This document shows, in pieces, positions 27,906-37,290 of a DNA stretch of 64,000 nt. Where the stretch lies: contig CALFMK010000001.1 of the NCBI GenBank assembly GCA_937879955.1, positions 361,853-425,852 of the forward strand, written 5' to 3'. The stretch is from an uncultured bacterium (lineage in GTDB: Bacteria; Patescibacteriota; Minisyncoccia; Phycocordibacterales; Phycocordibacteraceae). The position numbers were made by a program, and so were the translations under genes. The number at the start of each line of letters is the position of its first letter. The first letter of the stretch is position 1. A model generated the notes under the pieces. The model searched no databases, was not told the DNA's origin, and worked only from the letters and a program-made list of their open reading frames with translations.

Positions 27906-28376
27906 CTAGCAGGCGTAGTCAGTACCGCTTGTGATAATACCTACTGCAGAGGTCGTAGCAGCACCGGTGCTGTCGACACAGTAGACGGTCGTACCACCCT
28001 TGAGACCGACGGCCGCTGCCCAAGCAGTTGCGCTCGCGTTACATACCGCAGTCGAACCAGAGCTACCGGCGCTGTTTGTGCTGTAGGAAGTGAAGCCGGC
28101 AGCGGCAGCAGCAGCCTGAACACTGTCTCCGATGACGTTGGCTGTCGTCGTGTTCGCACAAACGCCGGTATAAACATTGTTGTTGCTGTCATAGAACAGC
28201 TCAGCCTCCGCGCGAGCATTGGCGAGGTTCGACTTAACAGCTGCGTCCGCGCCGCGATTACGCGCCGTGTTGAGGGACGCGAGGACGACGGATGAGAGGA
28301 TGCCGATGATGGCGATCACGACGAGAAGCTCGATGAGCGTGAAGCCGCGTTCAGCCTTAAGGTGTCCGAGAGTCAT
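27906..28376 (-). CDS. type IV pilin (major-pilin-like), paralogue 2 (tandem duplicate)
   Basis: N-terminal ~60 aa nearly identical to the 27338..27817 product. Its C-terminal domain has diverged. Confidence 0.8.
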   Translation of the reverse strand: MTLGHLKAERGFTLIELLVVIAIIGILSSVVLASLNTARNRGADAAVKSNLANARAEAELFYDSNNNVYTGVCANTTTANVIGDSVQAAAAAAGFTSYSTNSAGSSGSTAVCNASATAWAAAVGLKGGTTVYCVDSTGAATTSAVGIITSGTDYAC

Positions 28377-28497
28377 AAATGTCTATAAAAGTAAGTTATT
28401 GCGCAGGATGGGTAATATCCGCTTCCCTGCATTGTACGCCACGCCCTCTCTTCATATTCGGATTATGGGGATAACAGCTTGATTTTTATTAACTTTC

Positions 28498-29706
28498 TTA
28501 AGATATGCCTCCTGCCACGTTGTAGATAGGGATGAGTACGGACGCGAGGAGCGTTCCCACGCCGAGACCGAGCAGCACGATCATGAGCGGCTCAATGAGG
28601 TCCACGAGCGTATCCACGGCCGTGGTCACCTCGCGCTGATAGAAGTGCGCGAGCGTGTTGAGGATCTTGCCGAGCTCTCCGGTCTCCTCTCCCACGCGCA
28701 CCATGGCCGTCATGATGCCCGGGATCTCCGCATGGAGCGCAAGCGCGTCCGAGATCGAGGCGCCTCCCTTCACCGCCTCCCCCACCTCCTTCAGGATGTT
28801 CTCGTACGTCGGACTGCCCACGACCGATGCCGTAATATCGACCGCCTCGACGACCGGCACGCCGGACACGAGCATCGTCGCGAAGTTGTCCGCGATGCGC
28901 GAGAGGTAGAGCTTCTGGTACAGGTCGCCGATGTACGGCACGTCGAGCTTCGTCTTGTCGAAGAAGAGCCGTCCGGACTCGGTCTGCAGCGCGCGGTACG
29001 CGAAGAACGCCGCGACGCCGAGCCCCACCAGGAACAGGAAGCCGTAGTTCACGAGGAAGTCCGAGAGCCCGATGACGATCTGGGTATAGATAGGGATCGC
29101 CTGCCCCGAGTCCTTGAGGATGCTCGCGATGCGCGGGATCACCATCGTGAGCATGAGCGCCATCACGACGAAGAACACGCTGATGGTGAAGGCCGGGTAG
29201 ATGAGCGCGCTCGTCGCCTTGTTCATCACCTCGTACGTGCGGTCGAGATAATCCGCGAGATAGCCGAACGTCTCCGAGAGCTTTCCGGACTCCTCGCCCG
29301 AGCGCACCATGTTCACGTAGAAGGTCGTGAACACCTTCGGATGGCGGCTCAGCGCCTTACTGATCGGGCTTCCGCCCTGGAGGTCGTCGGCGACCTGCGT
29401 CATGATCTCCGCGAGATAGGTGTTGTCCACCTCCGCCGCGAGGAGGCGGAAGATGCGGAGCGCGGACACCTGCGCCTCGAAGAGCGTCGCTATCTGCCGC
29501 GACAGGATGACCACGTCCTTGTTCGAGACGTGCCGCAGGAAGCTGATCTCGACGTTGAAGCCGGCCTTCTTCTGGATCGGCTCTATGGACGAGACGATGA
29601 GACCGCGGCGCTGCAGGGTCGAGACCGCGACGTCGACGGAGAGCGCCTCCACCGTGCCTGCGCGCTCGCGGCCGTCCTTATCGAGTGCATGGTAGGAGAA
29701 GAGCAT
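28498..29706 (-). CDS. pilC: type IV pilus platform protein PilC (GspF family)
   Basis: Two GspF-like repeats with three TM segments, 402 aa. Confidence 0.85.
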   Translation of the reverse strand: MLFSYHALDKDGRERAGTVEALSVDVAVSTLQRRGLIVSSIEPIQKKAGFNVEISFLRHVSNKDVVILSRQIATLFEAQVSALRIFRLLAAEVDNTYLAEIMTQVADDLQGGSPISKALSRHPKVFTTFYVNMVRSGEESGKLSETFGYLADYLDRTYEVMNKATSALIYPAFTISVFFVVMALMLTMVIPRIASILKDSGQAIPIYTQIVIGLSDFLVNYGFLFLVGLGVAAFFAYRALQTESGRLFFDKTKLDVPYIGDLYQKLYLSRIADNFATMLVSGVPVVEAVDITASVVGSPTYENILKEVGEAVKGGASISDALALHAEIPGIMTAMVRVGEETGELGKILNTLAHFYQREVTTAVDTLVDLIEPLMIVLLGLGVGTLLASVLIPIYNVAGGIS

Positions 29707-29712
29707 AGGGTT

Positions 29713-30780
29713 CTATAGGTAGCGCTCGAAGGTCTTCGGGTCGTTCGCGCGCTCGTACGCGTGCTCGATCGTCACCTCGCCGCGACGCACCAGCTCGGCG
29801 AGCGAGCGGTCCATGTCGATCATGCCCTCCTGGGAGCTCGTCTGGATGACGGTCGTGATCTCGTGCGTGCGACCCTCGCGGATGAGGTTCGAGACGGCGC
29901 TGTTGTTGATAAGGAGCTCGTAGGCCGGAAGCTGCCCGCCGGAGATGCGCGGCACGAGGCGCTGGCTGAAGATGCCGGCGAGGGATCCCGCGAGCTGCAC
30001 GCGGACCTGGTCCTGCTGGTTCGGCGGGAACATGTCGATGATGCGGTCGATGGTCTGCGCCGCGTTGTTCGTATGGAGCGTCGAGAGCACGAGGTGGCCG
30101 GTCTCTGCCGCGGTCACGGCCGAGGATATGGTCTCCTGGTTGCGCATCTCGCCCACCATGATCACGTTCACGTCCTCGCGGAAGGCGGCGTTGAGCGCGG
30201 AGTGGAAGTCCGGCGTGTCGATATGGACCTCGCGCTGATGGATGAGGGACTTCTTCTGGTCGAAGATGTACTCGACCGGGTCCTCGATCGTCACGATGTG
30301 CTCGGCGCGCGTCTCGTTGATGCGGTCGATGATGGTCGCGAGGGTCGTGGACTTGCCCTGCCCCACCGGACCCACCACGAGGAAGAAGCCCTGGGAGCGC
30401 TGGCTGAACACCTCGAGGATCGGGGGCAGGTTCAGGGACTCGAAGGAGCGGATCTCGTGCGGGATGAGGCGCATGGCTATCGTCACGCCGCCCTGCACGT
30501 AGTAGCCGTTCACGCGGAAGCGGGATTGCGCCGTGTGCGCGTATGAGAAATCGATGGACTGCTCCTTCGCGAAGCGATCGAGGCGTGAGGCCGGCACGAT
30601 GCTCTTGAGATAGCTCTCCGACATCTCGGCGGTGAGCACCGGATGCTGGAGGAGCGGCACGAGCGAGCCCGAGATGCGGAGGATCGGGTTGCTGCCAACC
30701 GAGAGATGGAGGTCGGACGCGCCTTCGCTGACGACCGTATCGAGGAGGGCTTTCAGGCTTGCGGAGGCCTGCTCGTTCAT
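29713..30780 (-). CDS. pilT: type IV pilus retraction ATPase PilT
   Basis: Walker A GPVGQGKSTT, Asp and His boxes, about 355 aa (PilT/PilU size). Confidence 0.85.
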   Translation of the reverse strand: MNEQASASLKALLDTVVSEGASDLHLSVGSNPILRISGSLVPLLQHPVLTAEMSESYLKSIVPASRLDRFAKEQSIDFSYAHTAQSRFRVNGYYVQGGVTIAMRLIPHEIRSFESLNLPPILEVFSQRSQGFFLVVGPVGQGKSTTLATIIDRINETRAEHIVTIEDPVEYIFDQKKSLIHQREVHIDTPDFHSALNAAFREDVNVIMVGEMRNQETISSAVTAAETGHLVLSTLHTNNAAQTIDRIIDMFPPNQQDQVRVQLAGSLAGIFSQRLVPRISGGQLPAYELLINNSAVSNLIREGRTHEITTVIQTSSQEGMIDMDRSLAELVRRGEVTIEHAYERANDPKTFERYL

Positions 30781-31166
30781 GCCTTCGCCTCGATTATCTT
30801 CATGGTCTCCGCGAAGACCTCAGACGGGATGGCAGACGCCTTGATGATGTAGCCGTCCGCACCCAGCTGCTTGGCGTTCACGATATCGGACTCCTGGCCC
30901 TGGTTCGAGAGGACGATCACCTTCATCGTCGGCGCGAGGTTCTCGCGCTTGATGACCTCGAGGATCTCGAAGCCGGTCATGCCCGGCATGACGATGTCGA
31001 TGAGGAGCGCGTCAGGCGCCGGCTGCTCGCGAAGCGCCTTGAGCACCTCTTCCCCGCCCGAGAAGGCGGTCACCTCGTGCCCAGCCGCCTTGAACTTCAC
31101 GGCATACATATCGAGGAGGAAGCGGTCGTCATCGACGAGATAGAGGCGGTAAGGGTTCGTAGGCAT
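30777..31166 (-). CDS. single-domain CheY-like response regulator (PilH/PilG-like)
   Basis: Receiver residues DDD...D (LVDDD, LIDIVMP) plus K, overlapping pilT by 4 bp. Confidence 0.75.
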   Translation of the reverse strand: MPTNPYRLYLVDDDRFLLDMYAVKFKAAGHEVTAFSGGEEVLKALREQPAPDALLIDIVMPGMTGFEILEVIKRENLAPTMKVIVLSNQGQESDIVNAKQLGADGYIIKASAIPSEVFAETMKIIEAKA

Positions 31167-31177
31167 GATGGGTCGTT

Positions 31178-32965
31178 TTAGGCGGGAATCTTCTCCTCGT
31201 CCTCCAGAAGCGTCTGGCCGCCCAGGGCGTTCACTTCCTCGAACGGGATCAGTCCTGCTAACGCCTTAATGATAGCATCCTCGCGCATCGTAAACATGCC
31301 CTTCTTGCGGGCGGCGGCGTAGACGCTCTCCTCGGTCGGCTGGGTGAGCACCACATGCTCGAGCTCCTTGTCCATGCGCAGGAGCTCGAAGACGGCGAGG
31401 CGGCCGCGGGTGCCGTTCGGGCAGTCCGGGGACGGCGCGGCCGTGTAGAACGTCTCGAACTTCGGGAGCTTCTCGCGGAACTCGGGCGCCAGATCCGAGA
31501 ACTCGTGCTCGAGGAGCCCCTGCATGCTCTCCGTGAGCGGGAACGGCTTCCCTGCGCCCGGACAGAGCTTCCGCACGAGGCGCTGGCCGATGGCCGCGAT
31601 CAGGGTCGGCGCGATGAGGTACGGGTCGACGCCCATGTCCACGAGGCGCGGGATCACGCCGGCCGCCGTGTTCGTATGGATCGTCGAGAACACGAGGTGT
31701 CCCGTGAGCGCCGCCTGGATGGCGAGCTGCGCGGTCTCCTTGTCGCGGATCTCTCCCACCATGATGATGTCCGGGTCCTGACGGAGGATGGAGCGGAGGC
31801 CGGAGGCGAAGGTGTAGCCGATCTCGGGGCGCACCTGCGACTGCGCCACGCCCGGGATCTCGTACTCGACCGGATCCTCGACCGACACCACGTTCTCCGT
31901 CTCGCGATCGAGCTCCGAGATCATGGAGAAGAGGGTCGTCGACTTTCCGGAACCGGTCGGTCCGGCGATGAGGACGATGCCGTACGGCTGCTTGATGATG
32001 TCCCGGATCTGCGCGAGGTCCGCGGCGGAAAGGCCGATCGACTCGAGGGTCGTCACGGACTTCGCGCTGTCGAGGATACGCATCACCACCTTCTCGCCGG
32101 CCTGCGTCGGGAAGGTCGAGACGCGGAAATCGATGCGGCGTCCCTCCACGGTCGCGGAGAAGCGTCCGTCCTGCGGCTTGCGCTTCTCGTCGAGGCGCAT
32201 CTGGGAGAGGATCTTGATGCGCGCGACCACCGCAGGATGCACCTTCGCCGGAAGCTCGAGAGAGGTATGGAGCTCGCCGTCCATGCGGAAGCGCACGCGC
32301 GTCTTCTCGGGCGTCGGCTCGATATGGATGTCGGACGCGCCGCCCTCAACCGCGTAGCGCAGGATCGTGGCGACGATTTTCGTCACCGGCGCGTCCTCCT
32401 TTATGTTCGCCTCGGCCGCCTCCTCGGTCTTGTCCTTCTCTGCGCCCGGCGCGGCGGCGGCGGAGCCCTCGTACTGCGAGAGCGCCTCCCCCACCACGCC
32501 CGAGAGGTCCTCGTACTCCTTGAGCACCTTCTCGAAATCGGAGCGCGAGATCAGGAAGAGCTTGTACGGCATCCCCACGCGCGAGGATATGAACTGGAGC
32601 GCGTCGAGCGCCTCGATGTTGTCCGGGTCGAGTATGCCCACCTCGAGCGCGCCAGAGGCGTTCGCGATAGGAACGAACTGGTAGTGCCGTGCGGACTCCT
32701 CGGGGATATACGCGAGCACCTCCTGGTCAGCGAGCTCGGCTGGAAGCTGGCGGTACGGGATGCCGTACTTCTCCGAGGCCACCGCGTACGCCTTCTCGGC
32801 CGTGATGCCGTGCTTCTCGAGGACCGCCTCGAGATCGGTGTCGGGCGCGCGCGTCTCTTCGGTGATAGCGGCAACGTCCGCGGGCGTGAGCATGCCCTTC
32901 TCGGCGAGGAGCGTTACGAGGTTCATGCGCAAGGGCGCAGGCCGCTCGCCTGCGATGATAGGCAC
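31178..32965 (-). CDS. pilB: type IV pilus assembly ATPase PilB (GspE family)
   Basis: N-terminal GSPII domains, Walker A GPTGSGKSTTL and a tetracysteine-like region, 595 aa. Confidence 0.85.
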   Translation of the reverse strand: MPIIAGERPAPLRMNLVTLLAEKGMLTPADVAAITEETRAPDTDLEAVLEKHGITAEKAYAVASEKYGIPYRQLPAELADQEVLAYIPEESARHYQFVPIANASGALEVGILDPDNIEALDALQFISSRVGMPYKLFLISRSDFEKVLKEYEDLSGVVGEALSQYEGSAAAAPGAEKDKTEEAAEANIKEDAPVTKIVATILRYAVEGGASDIHIEPTPEKTRVRFRMDGELHTSLELPAKVHPAVVARIKILSQMRLDEKRKPQDGRFSATVEGRRIDFRVSTFPTQAGEKVVMRILDSAKSVTTLESIGLSAADLAQIRDIIKQPYGIVLIAGPTGSGKSTTLFSMISELDRETENVVSVEDPVEYEIPGVAQSQVRPEIGYTFASGLRSILRQDPDIIMVGEIRDKETAQLAIQAALTGHLVFSTIHTNTAAGVIPRLVDMGVDPYLIAPTLIAAIGQRLVRKLCPGAGKPFPLTESMQGLLEHEFSDLAPEFREKLPKFETFYTAAPSPDCPNGTRGRLAVFELLRMDKELEHVVLTQPTEESVYAAARKKGMFTMREDAIIKALAGLIPFEEVNALGGQTLLEDEEKIPA

Positions 32966-33041
32966 CTGATAGAGGAAGCGTCCGTCATGCTTATGAAAGT
33001 GTACTACGGCATCCGCGGTACGCGCGCGATGGCGCCGTGCA

Positions 33042-33353
33042 TTACTTCGACGACACGCCCGGGATCGGCGCGAACGGGTCAGGACGACCGCTCGGCTCGG
33101 GCACGATGACGGTCTTTATGTCGACGAGCTGGGTGAACCTTGGATCCTGGAGGATCGCCGTGTCGAAGCCGACCGGATCGAGCTGGGCCGCGAGCGTGAG
33201 GAACGTCGCCTGCGCCTCGTTGGTCGCAGCTCCCGTCTCGCCTACGGAGATAGGAGCCTCGCTCGCAGGACGCATCCAGAGGAAATACGCCACGAGGCCG
33301 AGCACGACGATGCCGCTCGCTATGAGGATGGTGGTGTTCTTGGAGATCGCCAT
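33042..33353 (-). CDS. small membrane-anchored protein in pilus locus (possible PilP-like accessory)
   Basis: One TM helix then a Pro-rich C-terminus. Its position between pilO and pilB is the only functional hint. Confidence 0.35.
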   Translation of the reverse strand: MAISKNTTILIASGIVVLGLVAYFLWMRPASEAPISVGETGAATNEAQATFLTLAAQLDPVGFDTAILQDPRFTQLVDIKTVIVPEPSGRPDPFAPIPGVSSK

Positions 33354-33363
33354 AGGGTACGGA

Positions 33364-33930
33364 TTAGCGGAGCCAGTAAATGCGGAACGTCATGGTGTAG
33401 GTATAGACGCCGGTCGCCGAGTCCTGCACGGAGAGCTCGACCACGTCGAGCGGACGCAGGCTCTTCTCGAGGCCGTTGAGGAAGACGCGGAAGGCCTCAT
33501 AGCTTCCCGTCGCGGAGACCGAGACCTCGAGCGAGTCCGTAGACTCGCCGCTCGTGAACACGGAGTCGGGGGTCGCAGCGGCGGCGGCGTCACCTGCCGC
33601 GGAATCCTCGCCGCTCACGCTGAACTGCGAGAGCTCGACGCCCGAGCGCGCGGCGAGCGAGTTGAGGTCAACGATGAGCTGCACGTTGTCGACGCTGTCA
33701 GGCAGCGCGGCGTTCAGGCGCTCGAGCTGGTCGGCAGGGATGGTGCTGCGCTCGCGCGTGAGCGCCACCTCCTTCTCCTTGAAATCGCGCGCGGCCTGCA
33801 GCGCGGTGTCGAGGCTCTTGTTCTCGGCGGAGAGCGTCGCTATCGAGCCCGAATAGGTCGGCTGGATGTACCCGAAGAAGAGGCCGCCAGCGGCAATCAC
33901 GAGGAGGATGGGAATGAGGCGGGAGATCAT
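33364..33930 (-). CDS. pilO: type IV pilus biogenesis protein PilO-like
   Basis: N-terminal TM, a coiled-coil and a C-terminal ferredoxin-like domain, adjacent to pilN. Confidence 0.6.
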   Translation of the reverse strand: MISRLIPILLVIAAGGLFFGYIQPTYSGSIATLSAENKSLDTALQAARDFKEKEVALTRERSTIPADQLERLNAALPDSVDNVQLIVDLNSLAARSGVELSQFSVSGEDSAAGDAAAAATPDSVFTSGESTDSLEVSVSATGSYEAFRVFLNGLEKSLRPLDVVELSVQDSATGVYTYTMTFRIYWLR

Positions 33931-34721
33931 AGCGCAGGTGCGGATACCGGTGGGGTCGATGTCCCCTTCGCAGGGGCAGTGGTCGTAGCCGTCTTGGTCG
34001 TCGTGGTCGCAAGCGGCGCGCCCGGGAGCGTCGCCGGCACGATGTTGCTCGCCGACGCCGGCTCTTCAGGCTCGCTTATGCCCGGAAGGACCTCCGCGGA
34101 CGTGATGAGGCGCGGCTCTATGCTGGCCGAGAGAGAGAACGAGACGGTCCCGTTCTCGTTCAGGGAGATGCCGGAGAAGATGGCGCGCTTGATCTGCTTC
34201 TCGGCGGCGAGCTGCGTGCTCTGCGCGGCGAGCGCGTTGAAGTTCTTCGCGACGCCCTCCATCTGTATCTCCGCCGAGCGGTCCTCGTCTACCGAGAGCT
34301 TGAGGCCGCTGAAACGGACGGTCTGGAGCGTGCGCAGCTCGAGCAGGTCGAAGAACTCGGACAGGATGACGTGCTCGTCGAGGAGCGATTCGAGCGCGGC
34401 GAGACGCCCGCGAAGGCGTATGAAGTCCTCGACCGTATCGATATTGACCGCCTTCTGCGCTTCTTCGAGCTGGACGGTCTTCGACGCGTGCGCGCCCTTG
34501 AGATAGAACTCGTACGCGAACACGGCTCCGGCGATGACGACGCTGGCCGCGGCGACGGACGCGCCGATTATCATGAATACGTTCACGCCGCTCTTCGCGC
34601 GGCGCGCAGGCGCTGCCGCGACCGGCTGCTTAGGGACGAACGAGGTAGGTATGGTCGGAGGAAGGGCCACGGTGGGTACAGTATACGGGAAAACGCGAGC
34701 GCTGGCTGCGCCCTTATGCAC
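33927..34721 (-). CDS. pilN: type IV pilus biogenesis protein PilN-like
   Basis: Single TM (VFMIIGASVAAASVVIAGAVFAY), coiled-coil, and a Thr/Pro/Ala-rich C-terminal tail. Confidence 0.6.
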   Translation of the reverse strand: MHKGAASARVFPYTVPTVALPPTIPTSFVPKQPVAAAPARRAKSGVNVFMIIGASVAAASVVIAGAVFAYEFYLKGAHASKTVQLEEAQKAVNIDTVEDFIRLRGRLAALESLLDEHVILSEFFDLLELRTLQTVRFSGLKLSVDEDRSAEIQMEGVAKNFNALAAQSTQLAAEKQIKRAIFSGISLNENGTVSFSLSASIEPRLITSAEVLPGISEPEEPASASNIVPATLPGAPLATTTTKTATTTAPAKGTSTPPVSAPAL

Positions 34722-34727
34722 AGAGCC

Positions 34728-35819
34728 CTACCCTCCCTCCTCCTCGAGCTTGCGGAGCGCGAGCCCGACCGCGACCGCGAACTCAGGGCCGATGGCCTGA
34801 AGCACCGGACGCATGAAGGCGGGCGCCTGGGTCTTCCCGAACGGGTCGGCGATGCGCACGTCTATCGAGAAGAAGGTCTTCGCGTACGCTTCGAGCTCCT
34901 TCGTGACGCCGCCGCCTCCCGTGAGGACGAGCCCGGAGATCTTCTTACCCTTAACGGACTCGTACTGGCTCGCCGCGCGCTTCGCCTCGTCGAAGATACG
35001 CGAGAAGACGAGCTCGATCGAGCGTCGGTCATACGCGCCGTCCGATTTCGCGAACCCGTGCTGCTTCTTCAGGGTCTCCGCGCTCCCCACCGAGATACCG
35101 CTCGACGTGGCGATGGTGCGCGTCACGTCCTGGCCGCCGCGCGGGATGTTGTGCGAGAGTGCGATGACGCCGTGCTCGACGACGTACATCTTCGTCGCGG
35201 AGGCTCCGATATCGAGCACGAGCACCGGCTTCACCGGCTCGTCCACGACCGAGCGGATCGTGCTGAATATCTCTATCTCGTAGAACGAGGCCTCGAGCTC
35301 GGTCTGGCGGACGACGCTCTCAAGGAGCGCGAGCTCGTCGTTATGGACCGCGACGAGGAGCACCTGGATCTTCGAAGGAGGCTCCGCGCCCTCCGGGATC
35401 GCGTCCGGGATGACGAACCAGTCGAGCTGGACCTCTGAGACCGGGACCGGGATGTACTTCCTCGCCTCGAGCTCGATGACGGTCTTCTGCTCTTCGGGAT
35501 TGTCCCGGCGAGGCAGCTCGACGAGCGTGAGCAGGGAGCGCGAGAACGGGATGGACATGCCCGTGTTCTTCGTCGTGACATTCGCCTCGCGCAGAAGGTC
35601 GGCGAGCGTCTCCGCGATCTTCGAGGCAGGCAGGTTCGTCGCCTGCCCCACCTCGACGCCGGCATACGGGCCGAGCGCGAGCTCGCCATACGTCTCGAGC
35701 ACCGCGACGCCGCGATCGCGACGGAGCTGCACCACCTTCAAGGAGGACGAGCCGATATCGATGCCGATGACGCTCCTCGATTTCTTGTTCCCGCTGAACA
35801 GTTTTGACAGGAAGCTCAT
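34728..35819 (-). CDS. pilM: type IV pilus assembly protein PilM (actin-like ATPase fold)
   Basis: IGIDIGSSSLKVV phosphate-1 motif and FtsA/PilM-like architecture. Start set at MSFLSKLF. Confidence 0.8.
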   Translation of the reverse strand: MSFLSKLFSGNKKSRSVIGIDIGSSSLKVVQLRRDRGVAVLETYGELALGPYAGVEVGQATNLPASKIAETLADLLREANVTTKNTGMSIPFSRSLLTLVELPRRDNPEEQKTVIELEARKYIPVPVSEVQLDWFVIPDAIPEGAEPPSKIQVLLVAVHNDELALLESVVRQTELEASFYEIEIFSTIRSVVDEPVKPVLVLDIGASATKMYVVEHGVIALSHNIPRGGQDVTRTIATSSGISVGSAETLKKQHGFAKSDGAYDRRSIELVFSRIFDEAKRAASQYESVKGKKISGLVLTGGGGVTKELEAYAKTFFSIDVRIADPFGKTQAPAFMRPVLQAIGPEFAVAVGLALRKLEEEGG

Positions 35820-35842
35820 TGGGGCGATTGTATCATGCAGAC

Positions 35843-36469
35843 ATGAAGGTATTCCGCGTATTCCTCGACATCCTCTTCCCTCCTCGCGCGAACGAGGCGC
35901 TCGTGACGAGTGCTTCGAGCGAGTCGCTCGGCGTGCATGCGCGCGCACGCGTGGCAGGCATGCACATCGCGGTCCTGTTCCCGTACCGCACCCGACTCGT
36001 CCGCGCCTGCGTGCTCGAGGCGAAGTTCCGTGACAGCGAGCGCGCCCAGCGGCTTCTCGGCCGCGCGCTCGCCGACTACCTGCTCGAATGGAGCGCGGAG
36101 CGTGAAGCGTTCACGGAAGGAGCTATCACCCTCATACCGATCCCACTCTCCCAGGAACGTATACGGGAGCGCGGATACAACCAGACGGAACGCATCGCGC
36201 GCGACGCTGCACAATCGACCCAGTCCATAGCGATCGACACCGGCCTCCTCGCCCGCCCGCGCAACACCCTTCCCCAGACAAGCCTCGGCAAAGCGGAGCG
36301 CCGAGAGAACCTCAAGGGCGCCTTCCAGGCTGTGAAAGCCCTGGATCCGGACCATACCTATATAGTGTTCGACGACGTGCTCACGACCGGAAGCACGCTC
36401 GAAGCTGCCATGGATGCGCTGCGAGACGCCGGGGCGCGCCGCATCTGCGGCCTCGCATTGGCGCATTAG
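35843..36469 (+). CDS. comFC: ComF-family competence protein (phosphoribosyltransferase domain, ComFC-like)
   Basis: C-terminal PRTase motif YIVFDDVLTTGSTLEA. Divergent from pilM. Start set at MKVFRVF. Confidence 0.7.
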   Translation: MKVFRVFLDILFPPRANEALVTSASSESLGVHARARVAGMHIAVLFPYRTRLVRACVLEAKFRDSERAQRLLGRALADYLLEWSAEREAFTEGAITLIPIPLSQERIRERGYNQTERIARDAAQSTQSIAIDTGLLARPRNTLPQTSLGKAERRENLKGAFQAVKALDPDHTYIVFDDVLTTGSTLEAAMDALRDAGARRICGLALAH

Positions 36470-36512
36470 AAATTATCGAGATTAATTTGAAATAGGATAC
36501 GTATCCTAGTGG

Positions 36513-37148
36513 TTGATGCGCTATCCAAACAAATCCCATCGTCATGCCGTTACACTGCCGTCGCCTTCTGTGGAATTGGCAGAGTTCATAGGCATCATGC
36601 TCGGAGATGGCGGACTAAGCAGGTACCAGGTCTCAATATCGCTCAATCAGGAGAGCGATTCTGAATTCAGTGAATTTGTTTGCTCCCTGATACAGGAGCT
36701 CTTTGCCGTCACGCCGAGCGTGTACGATCGCAGGAATCAGCTTCTTCGTACCCTAGTCATATCCCGAACCGAACTCGTAGAATATCTTCACGGCCTCGGG
36801 CTTCCCATAGGGAACAAGGTCTCGCAAGAGTGCGACATCCCCGATTGGATACGTCGCGACCGATCATTCCTTACGGCGTGCATCCGGGGACTTGTCGACA
36901 CGGACGGGTCCGTATTCACTCATCGTTACCGAGTGAACGGGAAATGGTATGCATACAAGAAACTCTCCTTCACCAGCGCATCGCAGCCACTTTTGCATTC
37001 GGTACTGGAATCGCTCATTTCATTCGGCATGCATGCGCGCATAGGCAGTGCCAAGGATGTCCGCATCGACAGCAAAGCCGATATGGAACGTTATTTCACC
37101 CTCATCGGGACGAGCAATCCTAAGCATTTGAGAAGATATGCCTTTTAA
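36513..37148 (+). CDS. LAGLIDADG homing endonuclease (two-motif, free-standing)
   Basis: Two LAGLIDADG blocks (FIGIMLGDGGL and IRGLVDTDGSV) spaced about 100 aa apart. Confidence 0.8.
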   Translation: MMRYPNKSHRHAVTLPSPSVELAEFIGIMLGDGGLSRYQVSISLNQESDSEFSEFVCSLIQELFAVTPSVYDRRNQLLRTLVISRTELVEYLHGLGLPIGNKVSQECDIPDWIRRDRSFLTACIRGLVDTDGSVFTHRYRVNGKWYAYKKLSFTSASQPLLHSVLESLISFGMHARIGSAKDVRIDSKADMERYFTLIGTSNPKHLRRYAF

Positions 37149-37166
37149 CCTATAGTAACGCTCATA

Positions 37167-37254
37167 GGAGACGTGGGTGAGCTGGCCGAAACCACCACAC
37201 TGCTAACGTGGCAGGGGGTAAAACCCCTCGAGAGTTCGAATCTCTCCGTCTCCG
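37167..37254 (+). tRNA. tRNA-Ser (anticodon GCT), class II with long variable arm
   Basis: Acceptor GGAGACG/CGTCTCC, 3-bp D-stem, anticodon loop CTGCTAA, variable arm GGGGG-TAAA-CCCCT, T-loop TTCGAAT. Confidence 0.8.
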
Positions 37255-37260
37255 CAAAGA

Positions 37261-37290
37261 AAAACCGCCTTCGGGCGGTCTTTTCATATC
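37261..37290. terminator. bidirectional intrinsic terminator (ACCGCC-TTCG-GGCGGT with A5 upstream and T4 downstream)
   Basis: Lies between tRNA-Ser (+) and the stop of the minus-strand methyltransferase gene. Confidence 0.65.

Noticed and set aside
28645-33109. Several 260-580-aa plus-strand ORFs antisense to pilC, pilT and pilB
   Set aside because: All are antisense to ATPase and platform genes with clear Walker and GspF motifs. Their products are Arg/Asp/Leu-rich with no domains.
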